Position numbers and translations under genes: made by a program
Part shown: in pieces, positions 40,299 through 49,069 of the stretch
Position numbering within the stretch: position 1 is the first letter of the stretch
How the letters are laid out: each line of letters opens with the position of its first letter
DNA from: Candidatus Latescibacterota bacterium
GTDB lineage: Bacteria > Latescibacterota > UBA2968 > UBA8231
Direction: 5' to 3'
Assembly: GCA_965204725.1 (NCBI GenBank)
Contig: OZ242005.1
Span: 960,001 to 1,024,000 of the forward strand
Length of the DNA: 64,000 bases
Notes under the pieces: model-generated
Database searches by the model: none
Told to the model about the DNA's origin: nothing
Seen by the model: the letters and a program-made list of their open reading frames with translations, nothing else

Positions 40299-42488
40299 CT
40301 AAGGCAACTTCGTCGTCTTTTTTGTTTCTATCTGTCCGTCGATTTCGACCCGATAGATGTACACACCGGCGGCCACGTCTTTGCCCGTCTCGTCGCGGCC
40401 ATCCCATATCAACCGATGGCTACCCGTCCCCAGCGGCCCGTCCCACATCTGCCGCACTCGACGACCTAGCACATCGTACACCGTCAGCGACACGCGCTCC
40501 GCGTTCTCGGCTAAATCGAGGGGCAGCACCACCGCCGGATTGAACGGATTGGGATAGCTGTCGCCCAGCCGATGCTGCGCCGGGCGTGTTGCCGTCGGCG
40601 TCAGCACGGCGGTCTGCTGCCCGCTTAGCGGATTCTTGAGCACATGCACGCCCTCTAAAGCCCGATCCAACACCACTAAATCCACATCGCTGTCACCATC
40701 CACATCGCCGGGCAGCACTGCCACGCCATTCCCCTCCAGTCCCGACGGCACATCCCCGGCTTCCAAACGCTCCACACCCGCGCCACTCAAGCGATGCCAT
40801 TCCACCACTCTATTCGGATGCAAGCCACCACCCCAGACGACGAATACGCCAAAACCCAACGCATAATCCCCGCCGATAAATGCCCAATCGTCCAAGCCGT
40901 CGGCATTCAGGTCGCGCACCACCACCGACGAGCGTAGGAACAGATACTCATCATAGAGCACCGTTTTTCTTATTCCATCGGGGCGGCTACTCCACACGGC
41001 CAACCCCTTGCGCTGCTCTTGGAAGTCCTCGCGGAAGCCCGCCAGTAAGTCCACTTGCCCATCGGCGTCGAAATCGCCGGCGCGACCGGCGAGGAGAGAA
41101 AACGGCATGATCTTTTCAAAGAGCACCCCCTGTGTCGGGTCGGCCCCGAAGCCCGTCACGCGAAACGAGATGGCTTGTTCAAACAGCTCCGTCTCCCAAA
41201 AAGCGGGTGGCCCCCACAGCACCTCCAGCACCCCATCGCCCGTAAAGTCGCCGATCTGATGCGCCCACGATAGCTCGGAAGCCGGGGCGGGAACCGGCCA
41301 CTCGGAGAACGTCCACACCCCGTTTACCAAGTCCCACCCCTCCAAAAAAGAGTCGTCCTCGTCCACAGGTTGAGCAAACACTTCCATCTGCCCATCACCA
41401 TCCCAATCGGCTAAACCTACCAATCGACGATTGGGCTTCTGCACGAGTTGCTGCAACTGGAACTCTTCTCCGACAGACCAAACTCCGAGGTCCGACCTTT
41501 CGAGGCTCATCACCATTTCGGCGCGGCCATCGCCGGTCACATCGCCGACAGATAGCCTCGGATAATACGCTGGGTCCTCCAGCGGCTCGACGCGGACGGT
41601 TTCAAACGCTCCTTCTCCGTTGTTGCGCGCTATGACCCAGCCGCCGAGTTGCTCCTCTAACCTCCAGAAGAAGGCGCACAGATCGAGGTCGCCATCGCCA
41701 TCTAAGTCAGTCAAGACCCCTTGTTGGGCGTCGCCTAAGAGACGAAATAAGCCTAAGCCTCGCGCAATCGGGTAGAACACCGGCGGCGCAAAAACCGTAG
41801 GGCCTTCAATGCCTAGGTCGAATACCGGCGGCCGAGGCAATTCGCCCTGTAGCACCTCTTCCACCCCGGTCAACTCAATCCAATCCACTTCCAAAGCCGA
41901 CACCTTCGTCGAAGCCGGCCGGTTAATCATAGACAGGGTCATATCCTCCAAGCCAAACAGCAGGCGAATGTCGTCTAACGGCCCCTCCCATAAGCGCTGA
42001 TACCCGAAGGAACTCTCCTCCATGTCAACCAACGAAAACTCAACCTCCTGCCATTCGGTCGTATATACGAACTCGCCATAGTCCTCGTTTGCCTGAAGAT
42101 AAAATCGCCCCCTCGGTAGAGGGTCACTCCCCGGAAACATGAGGTTGTGTTCATTGGTCCATTGGAGCAGTAAAGCTCCTGTTGTCGGGCTAGGATGGAC
42201 TGTGCGGAACCGCACCCGCACCCGGTCGAAAAGGTGGGAATCATGGCCGATCGTTGGAGAAATCAAGGTGACCCCTGCTCCACTGAGGCCGTCGGTGCGA
42301 AAGGCATTAATCCGCCACACCCCCGCTTCGACCGCCCCAGACAACGGGTGAAATTGATGGTCTCCCCCGGACCGAATAGGTTTCTTGGCCCCCCATCCTT
42401 GCGTCGTCCCGTCGTCGAAATCCCACCGGATCGCCATCGCCGGGCTACCCAACAGCACCATCCCCACACAAATAGAAATGAGCAACAC
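40299..42488 (-). CDS. Secreted CBM-like + FG-GAP repeat + FlgD/T9SS-like C-terminal domain protein (paralogue 2)
   Basis: GGAGG + GTG; signal ending AMA; same domain order as its neighbours. Confidence 0.85.
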   Translation of the reverse strand: MLLISICVGMVLLGSPAMAIRWDFDDGTTQGWGAKKPIRSGGDHQFHPLSGAVEAGVWRINAFRTDGLSGAGVTLISPTIGHDSHLFDRVRVRFRTVHPSPTTGALLLQWTNEHNLMFPGSDPLPRGRFYLQANEDYGEFVYTTEWQEVEFSLVDMEESSFGYQRLWEGPLDDIRLLFGLEDMTLSMINRPASTKVSALEVDWIELTGVEEVLQGELPRPPVFDLGIEGPTVFAPPVFYPIARGLGLFRLLGDAQQGVLTDLDGDGDLDLCAFFWRLEEQLGGWVIARNNGEGAFETVRVEPLEDPAYYPRLSVGDVTGDGRAEMVMSLERSDLGVWSVGEEFQLQQLVQKPNRRLVGLADWDGDGQMEVFAQPVDEDDSFLEGWDLVNGVWTFSEWPVPAPASELSWAHQIGDFTGDGVLEVLWGPPAFWETELFEQAISFRVTGFGADPTQGVLFEKIMPFSLLAGRAGDFDADGQVDLLAGFREDFQEQRKGLAVWSSRPDGIRKTVLYDEYLFLRSSVVVRDLNADGLDDWAFIGGDYALGFGVFVVWGGGLHPNRVVEWHRLSGAGVERLEAGDVPSGLEGNGVAVLPGDVDGDSDVDLVVLDRALEGVHVLKNPLSGQQTAVLTPTATRPAQHRLGDSYPNPFNPAVVLPLDLAENAERVSLTVYDVLGRRVRQMWDGPLGTGSHRLIWDGRDETGKDVAAGVYIYRVEIDGQIETKKTTKLP

Positions 42489-42527
42489 GACAGCACCTCC
42501 TATCCATAATTTGAGTTGGTGTGAAAC

Positions 42528-44663
42528 TCACGGCAGCTTGGTCGTCTTTTTCGCTTCCACCTGTCCGTCGATTTCGACCTGATAGAGATACACGCCGGCG
42601 GCCACGTCTTTACCCGTCTCGTCGCGGCCATCCCATATCAACCGATGGCTGCCCGCCCCCAACGGCCCCTGCCACACCTGACGCACTCGACGACCTAGCA
42701 CATCGTACACCGTCAGCGACACTCGCTCCGCGTCCGTTGCCAAATCAAGGGGCAGCACAACCGTCGGATTGAACGGATTGGGATAGCTGTCACCCAGCCG
42801 ATGCTGCGCCGGGCTCGCTGCTGTCGGCGTCATCACCGCTGTCAGCGGACCGCCCTGCAAACTCTTGAGCAGATGCACTCCGCCCAAAACCGGATCCAAC
42901 ACCACCAAATCGACCGCACCGTCGCCATCGACATCCCCGGGCAGCACCTGGACCCCATCGCCCGCTAAGCGATGCGTTTCCACTGCTTCTGTGGGGTTCA
43001 CACCCCCGCCCCATTCGACGAACACCCCAAAGCCCGAGGCGCGATCCCCGCCGACAAACGCCCAATCCTCGACCCCATCGGCATTCAAGTCGCGCACCAC
43101 CACCGGCGAGCGCAAAAACAGCCGTTCATCATACAGCACCTCCGCCTCCACATCGCCGCCGGGTCGGCTACGCCGCACAACCAGTCCCTTGCGTTGTTCG
43201 GCACCGTCGTAGCGCAGGGCCGTCAGCAGTTCTACTTGCCCATCGGCATCAAAATCGCCCGTGCCCAAAAAAGTAGATGAAGCGAGGCTACGGTCTGCCC
43301 CGAAAGCAAATAGGGTGCCTTCCGCAAACTCACCTCCCAACCGAGACACAACCCATGTATGGGCTTGGCCGACGATGGGGACCCACAGCACGTCCAGCCC
43401 CCCATCGCCCGTAAGATCGCCCACCTGAATGGGCACATGATCCTCCGGGAGAGCCGCCAACCGCGAAGCGGTCCATACGCCACCTGCTACATCCCAGACC
43501 TCGAAATAGGACTCGCCGGCCACGGAATAACCTTCTGCATTGTAGGAGACCGCAGAAACGTCCGTGGAAAAGAGTTCGACATCGCCGTCGCCGTCCCAAT
43601 CCGCCAAGTTTACGAACTCGCGGTTAGGTATCTCCGTCATCACCTCGATCTGGCGGTCCGGCCCCATAGACCAAACCGCTACCTGACTGTTTATAGCCAA
43701 CGCGAGCTCGGAGGTGCCATCGCCGGTTATATCGCCTAGATCCACCTTGAGATAAGCAGGTTCTCCCACCGCTTCAGTCCATGCGGTTTCAAAGACCCCT
43801 TCGCCGTTGTTGAGGGCCATGACCCAACCAGAGGTGTACAAATTCCGTGGTGGGAGGTGCTGCCAAATAGAGAAAAGGTCTAAATCGCCATCGCGGTCCA
43901 AGTCCGTCAATACACCCGCCCGCTCGTTTCCGAGAACCAACCTAGCTCCTGTGCCCGGCACAATGGGATGGAAAACGGGTGACGCAAAGTGCCGACCCCT
44001 GTCAAAGCGAAAATAGTCGGCTTGGGGAGGCGGTAATTCCCCCTGTAGCTTCTCCTCTACGCCGGTCAACTCGATCCAGTCGATCGCCAAGCGGCCTACC
44101 TTTTCCTCGGCCGGACGCGGCACTCCTATTTCGCCCTGATCCAAGTAAAAATTCAGCCGAATATCCCGTAACGCACCGGCCCAGATAATCTCATCGTGGT
44201 CCACAATGGGGATTTCTACTTCTTGCCACTCGGTCGTGTAAACAAAGTCGCGGGGGCCGGGGATCAAAAAGCGTCTTTGTTTAGGCCATTCAGGATCATG
44301 ACCCGGCAGCGTGAGGTTGTGTTCATTGGTCCATTTGACGTTGAAAAAACCTAACGTAGGGCTGTGATGGACGGTGCGGAACCGCACGCGCACCCGGTCG
44401 AACAGAGCCGAATCGTAGCCCAAGGTGGGAGCAATCACTTCGACACTCGGATTGTGGTCATCGGAGCGAAAGGTCTCGATCACCCACACGCCCTCTGCAA
44501 CCACCCCAGACAATAGGTGGAACTCGTGAAAGCCACCCGATGAGGCGGCCTTTTTCGCAGCCCACCCTTGCGTCGTCTCTCCGTCGAAATCCCAAGTGAC
44601 TGCCGCCGCAGGACTACTCCATAGCACAATGCCTACAACAATGGAGCACTTCAACTTCAACAT
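42528..44663 (-). CDS. Secreted CBM-like + FG-GAP repeat + FlgD/T9SS-like C-terminal domain protein (paralogue 1)
   Basis: ATG 44663, MLKLKCSIVVGIVLWSSPAAA signal; same domain order. Confidence 0.85.
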   Translation of the reverse strand: MLKLKCSIVVGIVLWSSPAAAVTWDFDGETTQGWAAKKAASSGGFHEFHLLSGVVAEGVWVIETFRSDDHNPSVEVIAPTLGYDSALFDRVRVRFRTVHHSPTLGFFNVKWTNEHNLTLPGHDPEWPKQRRFLIPGPRDFVYTTEWQEVEIPIVDHDEIIWAGALRDIRLNFYLDQGEIGVPRPAEEKVGRLAIDWIELTGVEEKLQGELPPPQADYFRFDRGRHFASPVFHPIVPGTGARLVLGNERAGVLTDLDRDGDLDLFSIWQHLPPRNLYTSGWVMALNNGEGVFETAWTEAVGEPAYLKVDLGDITGDGTSELALAINSQVAVWSMGPDRQIEVMTEIPNREFVNLADWDGDGDVELFSTDVSAVSYNAEGYSVAGESYFEVWDVAGGVWTASRLAALPEDHVPIQVGDLTGDGGLDVLWVPIVGQAHTWVVSRLGGEFAEGTLFAFGADRSLASSTFLGTGDFDADGQVELLTALRYDGAEQRKGLVVRRSRPGGDVEAEVLYDERLFLRSPVVVRDLNADGVEDWAFVGGDRASGFGVFVEWGGGVNPTEAVETHRLAGDGVQVLPGDVDGDGAVDLVVLDPVLGGVHLLKSLQGGPLTAVMTPTAASPAQHRLGDSYPNPFNPTVVLPLDLATDAERVSLTVYDVLGRRVRQVWQGPLGAGSHRLIWDGRDETGKDVAAGVYLYQVEIDGQVEAKKTTKLP

Positions 44664-44705
44664 GACTAGTAACCTTCTCAGGAGATATACGATACAGTAA
44701 AACGA

Positions 44706-44745
44706 CAAGGGAGCGGTACGAGAATTGCGCCACACCGCTCCCTTG
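44706..44745 (-). promoter_or_regulatory. Intercistronic stem-loop between the peptide gene and the FG-GAP genes
   Basis: 12-bp perfect inverted repeat CAAGGGAGCGGT/ACCGCTCCCTTG with 16-nt loop. Confidence 0.7.
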
Positions 44746-44807
44746 ATAAGCTAAAAGGCAAATGCGCCCTGTGTTGCACCTCTATGCTCAATAGCTATAC
44801 AGGATCT

Positions 44808-45077
44808 TCAAAGGGTACAAACCCAGTTTACATATATACGACTACAGTCCGAACGTTGATGAACCAACCAGCAGCCGATCGGCTTGTCAACCGGGCAGTC
44901 CGGGTCGTAAGTGCAGCCAACATATCGAGGTCCCGATGTGCAGCCGGCTTCGGCCTCCTTGCCTCCGAGCAGGACTGCGATCCACGTGAGGGCGCTGATG
45001 ACCCAACCGAGGGCCAGCCCCTGCCGAGCCGGCACCAAGCCGCTCGACGACATGAAGAATTCCCTCAAGCTCTGCAT
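44808..45077 (-). CDS. Small secreted six-cysteine peptide (89 aa precursor)
   Basis: AGGAG RBS 8 nt before ATG; hydrophobic leader ending AEA; 45-aa tail with 6 Cys; lies downstream of a consensus sigma54 promoter. Confidence 0.72.
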   Translation of the reverse strand: MQSLREFFMSSSGLVPARQGLALGWVISALTWIAVLLGGKEAEAGCTSGPRYVGCTYDPDCPVDKPIGCWLVHQRSDCSRIYVNWVCTL

Positions 45078-45214
45078 GATCTCTTCTCCTAAGTTGCCCA
45101 GTACGCCAGCGGCCCGATACCACTACGCGACTGGAAGTGAGGTTGAAAAATGACCGATACGAATTCGTATCTCCTCCTTTCTGTTCTATCGGCCTCGTTT
45201 CTACGGATTATATA

Positions 45215-45230
45215 TGCAAATTTCGTGCCA
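45215..45230 (-). promoter_or_regulatory. sigma54 (-24/-12) promoter of the peptide/FG-GAP operon
   Basis: Minus strand TGGCAC-GAAAT-TTGCA. Confidence 0.75.
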
Positions 45231-45353
45231 AAAAGCAGGACACGTACAAAAAAATCCTTTAGGATTACCCTAAAGGATTGAAAAACATAGAAGTTATAAA
45301 ATCGTGATTTTCTTCTTATAGGATCTATGGGTTCAATAGAACATATAAAATTC

Positions 45354-45417
45354 GTTCAAAAGTTGTTCAAAAGTTGTTGAGAATGAACAGATTTTGAACA
45401 GATTTTGAACAACTTTT
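45354..45417. repeat. Inverted pair of 11-bp tandem repeat arrays (candidate enhancer)
   Basis: GTTCAAAAGTT x2, then GAACAGATTTT x2 + GAACAACTTTT. Confidence 0.75.
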
Positions 45418-45744
45418 CATCCACGGCGCGGACACCGGGTAGGCACGCAGTCCACGCGCTGTACGAGGACATTTTGCGTTAGGGCTGCTTGGGAAGCCCT
45501 CGGCCAAGCATGTCAACGCCGCCGACCGGCGCACCAGTGCGGTTGCGCGCCACGAGCCCCACATCGTACCCGGCGGCCAAAATTTTGCACTCGCGGCGAA
45601 AGATGCAGTTGTCAAAGGGGTTGTAGAAGGAGGTGAACTAGGCGCGGCTAATCCCATCAGCACACGCGACGCCCGGTTGCATAAATGACGAAAATTTAAT
45701 AAGATAAGATACGTTTTAACACTGTTTTCTACCGCCGGATTCCC

Positions 45745-46884
45745 ATGCTCATCGCCGTTTTTTGGGCCGCTTTATTCCTCGTCGTCTATACCTACCTAAT
45801 CTACCCAGTTTTGCTCTGGCTCTTGGCGGCCGGCCGCAAGATGCCCGAGTACGCGCCGCTCGGCGAATGGCCCACGGCGTCGCTGATTATTGCCGCACAC
45901 AACGAAGAAGCCGTATTGCGCGCCAAGCTAGAAAACGCGCTGGCCATGGAGTACCCGCCCGAGCGGCTCGACATCATCGTCGTCTCAGACGCCTCAACCG
46001 ATGGCACTGACCGCATTGCCGCCGAATTTGCCGAGCGCGGAGTGCGCCTGCACCGGCAGGAAGTCCGCGGCGGCAAGACCGAGGCGCAAAACGCGGGGGT
46101 GCGCTTGGCGCGGGGGCAGTTTCTCGCGTTCTCAGACGCCAACAGCATGTACGCGCCCAATGCGCTCAAGCGGCTGTTGGCGCCCTTTGCCGACGAGCGG
46201 GTCGGCTGCGTCTGCGGCGAGTTGCAATACGCCAATCCAGACGACCAAGGCGCTGGCAAGGGCGAAGGCCTGTACTGGCGCTACGAGCAATTTCTCAAGC
46301 GCCGCGAGAGCCTGCTCAGCTCTACGTTGGGGGCCAATGGGGCCATCTACGCGCTCCGGCGCGAGCTGTTCGTCGAGCTGGGCGGCGACATTATCAGCGA
46401 TTTTGTCGCGCCTTTGGGCGCGTGGCGGCGCGGCTTTCGCATTGCGTATGAGCCAAAGGCCGTTGCCACCGAGTACAGCAGCGGGTGCTTCGGCGACGAG
46501 TTCTACCGCCGGCGCCGCATTGTCTCGCGCTCGCTCTACGGGCTGTGGACCGAGGCCGGGGTGCTCAATCCGTGCGCCCACTTTTTTTTTGCGTTTCAGA
46601 TGTTTTCCCACAAGCTGCTCCGCTGGCTCGTGCCGGTGTGGCTGTTGGTGGTGCTCGCGGTCAATGTTCCGTTGGCCACGAGCGCGTTCTACGGCCTCTT
46701 GCTCGCGCTGCAAGTCGCTTTCTACGGCTTGGCCGCCTTGGGCCTCTTGCTGCCGACGCGGCTCGGGCGGTATTGGTTCTTCTACGTGCCGGCCTATTTT
46801 GCCGCGACCAATTTGGGCACCTTGCTGGGAGTGCTGAGCTTCCTAACGGGTCGCCGCGACCGCGTCTGGCAGCCCGCGAGGTAG
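45745..46884 (+). CDS. Glycosyltransferase family 2 (membrane-associated)
   Basis: IIAAHNEE, SDASTDGT, GKTEAQN, FSDAN, GANGAIYA; C-terminal TM helices. Confidence 0.92.
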   Translation: MLIAVFWAALFLVVYTYLIYPVLLWLLAAGRKMPEYAPLGEWPTASLIIAAHNEEAVLRAKLENALAMEYPPERLDIIVVSDASTDGTDRIAAEFAERGVRLHRQEVRGGKTEAQNAGVRLARGQFLAFSDANSMYAPNALKRLLAPFADERVGCVCGELQYANPDDQGAGKGEGLYWRYEQFLKRRESLLSSTLGANGAIYALRRELFVELGGDIISDFVAPLGAWRRGFRIAYEPKAVATEYSSGCFGDEFYRRRRIVSRSLYGLWTEAGVLNPCAHFFFAFQMFSHKLLRWLVPVWLLVVLAVNVPLATSAFYGLLLALQVAFYGLAALGLLLPTRLGRYWFFYVPAYFAATNLGTLLGVLSFLTGRRDRVWQPAR

Positions 46885-46891
46885 AGCGTTT

Positions 46892-48346
46892 ATGTCGCCC
46901 CTGAAACGCATCGTCCTGCTGCTGTTGAGCGATATAGCGGCCGTCAGTTTGGCGTCGGTTTTCTTTTTGTGGATGAAGTTGGCCGGCGGTGGGCTGGAGA
47001 TCGTCCGCCACACCTACGAGCGGCTCTATCCCGACGCCGTGGAAGGGCCGACCTTCTGGTATGCGCTGGGCTATTACTCGGACGTGTTGCCGCTGATAAG
47101 CGGCTGCTGGCTGCTGCTGTTCCTGTTCTTTGGCTTCTACCAATCCTCGCTTTCTAGCTCGCGCTTTGACGAGATTTTCGAGGTCACCAAGGTCGTCACC
47201 TTGGGCCTCTTGCTGGCCATGGTCGCCACCTTCGACCGCGACATCCGCCTCACTCGGCTGCTGGTCTTGTTCTACTGGCTGGGCATGGTCGCGCTGGTGG
47301 CGGGCGGGCGGGTGCTGGTGCGCAGCTTTGAGCGGCAACTCTTGTTGCGCGGCATCGGCCTCCGGCGCACGGCTATCGTGGGCGTGAATGCGCGCGGCAT
47401 GCGGCTTTTGCACGCGCTGCACACAGCGCCGGCGCAGGGATATGAGGTTGTGGGCTTTGTGCGGGCGCGCGGCGAGAAAGCAAGCGGGACGATTGACGGC
47501 TTGCCCGTGCTCGGCGAAGTGAGCGATCTGCGAGCCATCCTCGAGCCCGAGGGCATTGAGGCCGTGCTCATCGCCTTGCAATCCAATTCGCACGAAGAGA
47601 TCATGCAGATCGTCGAGGAGGCCGAGGGGTTGCCGGTCTCCTTCGGCATCACGCCCGACCTGTACGACATTGTGACCGGCCACGTGCGCACGACGCAGAT
47701 TTACGGCGTGCCCCTGATGGAGCTCAAGCCCGAGCTGATGCCGGCTTGGCAGCGGACGGTCAAGCGGCTCATCGACGTGGTGGTGGCGGCTGGTGTGCTG
47801 GCGGGTTTGGCCCCGTTGTGGCTGTTGGTGGCCGCGGCGATTAAGTTGACCTCCAAGGGGCCGGTGTTCTTTCGCCAAGATCGCGTCGGCGAGGGCGGCC
47901 AGACCTTTTCGATGCTCAAATTTCGCTCAATGTACGTAGATGCCGAGGAGAATACCGGCCCGGTGTGGGCCACGGGTGCGGACCCTCGGGTAACTCCGGT
48001 AGGTCGGGTGCTGCGCGCCCTGCACTTAGACGAAATTCCCCAGTGCATCAACTTCCTGCGCGGCGACATGAGCTTGGTCGGCCCCCGGCCCGAGCGCCCG
48101 TTTTTCGTCGAGCAGTTCAAGAAGCAGATTCCCTTGTACATGCGGCGTTTTAACGTCAAGCCCGGCCTGTTGGGCTGGGCGCAGTCCAAGCACGAGTTCG
48201 ATCTCGATTCCAAGGACGTGGTGGGCATTGCCCGCGAGCGGCTGGAGTACGATTTCTACTACATCGAGAACATGTCGCTCAAGCTAGACTTCAAGATCAT
48301 GCTGCAAACAGTGTGGTTCGTGCTGACGGGCAAGAGTACGCGCTGA
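46892..48346 (+). CDS. Polyprenyl glycosylphosphotransferase (WcaJ-like priming sugar transferase)
   Basis: KRLIDV, KFRSM, DPRVT, LDEIPQ, GDMSLVGPRPE, VKPG. Confidence 0.93.
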   Translation: MSPLKRIVLLLLSDIAAVSLASVFFLWMKLAGGGLEIVRHTYERLYPDAVEGPTFWYALGYYSDVLPLISGCWLLLFLFFGFYQSSLSSSRFDEIFEVTKVVTLGLLLAMVATFDRDIRLTRLLVLFYWLGMVALVAGGRVLVRSFERQLLLRGIGLRRTAIVGVNARGMRLLHALHTAPAQGYEVVGFVRARGEKASGTIDGLPVLGEVSDLRAILEPEGIEAVLIALQSNSHEEIMQIVEEAEGLPVSFGITPDLYDIVTGHVRTTQIYGVPLMELKPELMPAWQRTVKRLIDVVVAAGVLAGLAPLWLLVAAAIKLTSKGPVFFRQDRVGEGGQTFSMLKFRSMYVDAEENTGPVWATGADPRVTPVGRVLRALHLDEIPQCINFLRGDMSLVGPRPERPFFVEQFKKQIPLYMRRFNVKPGLLGWAQSKHEFDLDSKDVVGIARERLEYDFYYIENMSLKLDFKIMLQTVWFVLTGKSTR

Positions 48347-48457
48347 CCTATCCCCGAGGGCCTGATCTGTTCCGCGGATAAGCGTTGATGAGGAGCTTGA
48401 CCGCGTCCCCCGTTTGCGGTCAATTTATGTGTAACGGTAGGTGTCGGAGGTAACACA

Positions 48458-48658
48458 ATGGCGACCAACTTGGCGATAGATCCCAAGCTGCTCGACAAGG
48501 CGCTTGAAGTCGGCGGCGAGAAGACGAAAAAGGCGACCGTCAACCGGGCCTTGCGGGAGTTCGTTGCACGCCGAGAGCAGGAACGGCTCTTGGAGCTTTT
48601 TGGCAAATTCGACTGGGACGACGGCTTTGACTACAAACGAAAACGGAGTCGTAGGTGA
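48458..48658 (+). CDS. VapB-type antitoxin
   Basis: MATNLAIDPKLL...TKKATVNRALREF; overlaps the PIN toxin start (GTGA). Confidence 0.85.
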   Translation: MATNLAIDPKLLDKALEVGGEKTKKATVNRALREFVARREQERLLELFGKFDWDDGFDYKRKRSRR

Positions 48659-49062
48659 GGCTATTTGTGGACACGAGCGTCTGGTCGCTGGCCTTGCGAC
48701 GAGATGCGGTCCCCGAAGGACCCGAAGTCCAGTGTCTGCGGGAGGCACTCAGTAGTGGCGAATTGATTTACACAACCGGAATCGTCTTGCAGGAGCTATT
48801 GCAAGGCTTTCGAGGGCCGAAAGCCAAAACGCAGATCGTCGAAAGGTTCGAGGCTCTCACTCTGATCGCGCCCGTGCGTGAAGACTATATTGACGCAGCC
48901 GAGTTGCACAACGAATGCCGCCGGCACGGCATTCAGGTTGGAACCATTGACGCGCTACTCGCCCAGATCTGTATTCGTCATAAGCTAATTATGTTGACGA
49001 CCGACCTCGATTTCAGCCAGATGACAAAGTGGACGCCGCTTCAACTCTGGCGCGCCCGATGA
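48655..49062 (+). CDS. VapC PIN-domain toxin
   Basis: VDTSVWS, ELLQG, TIDALLAQ, TTDLDF. Confidence 0.9.
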   Translation: MRLFVDTSVWSLALRRDAVPEGPEVQCLREALSSGELIYTTGIVLQELLQGFRGPKAKTQIVERFEALTLIAPVREDYIDAAELHNECRRHGIQVGTIDALLAQICIRHKLIMLTTDLDFSQMTKWTPLQLWRAR

Positions 49063-49069
49063 TTCGTCT

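Noticed and set aside
38128-44663. Diversity-generating retroelement target/template repeats
   Set aside because: No reverse transcriptase; differences between copies are not adenine-specific and all copies are full genes
44808-45077. Ranthipeptide/sactipeptide (SCIFF-like) precursor
   Set aside because: Six Cys in 45 residues is coincidental: no radical SAM gene nearby, and the leader looks like an export signal
44887-45180. Alternative ORF behind the strong AAAGGAGGAG at 45171-45180
   Set aside because: No standard start codon at SD distance; the product has no features and overlaps the better-supported peptide gene
45354-45417. Possible CRISPR or iteron array
   Set aside because: Units are 11 bp and contiguous with no unique spacers; no cas or rep gene nearby
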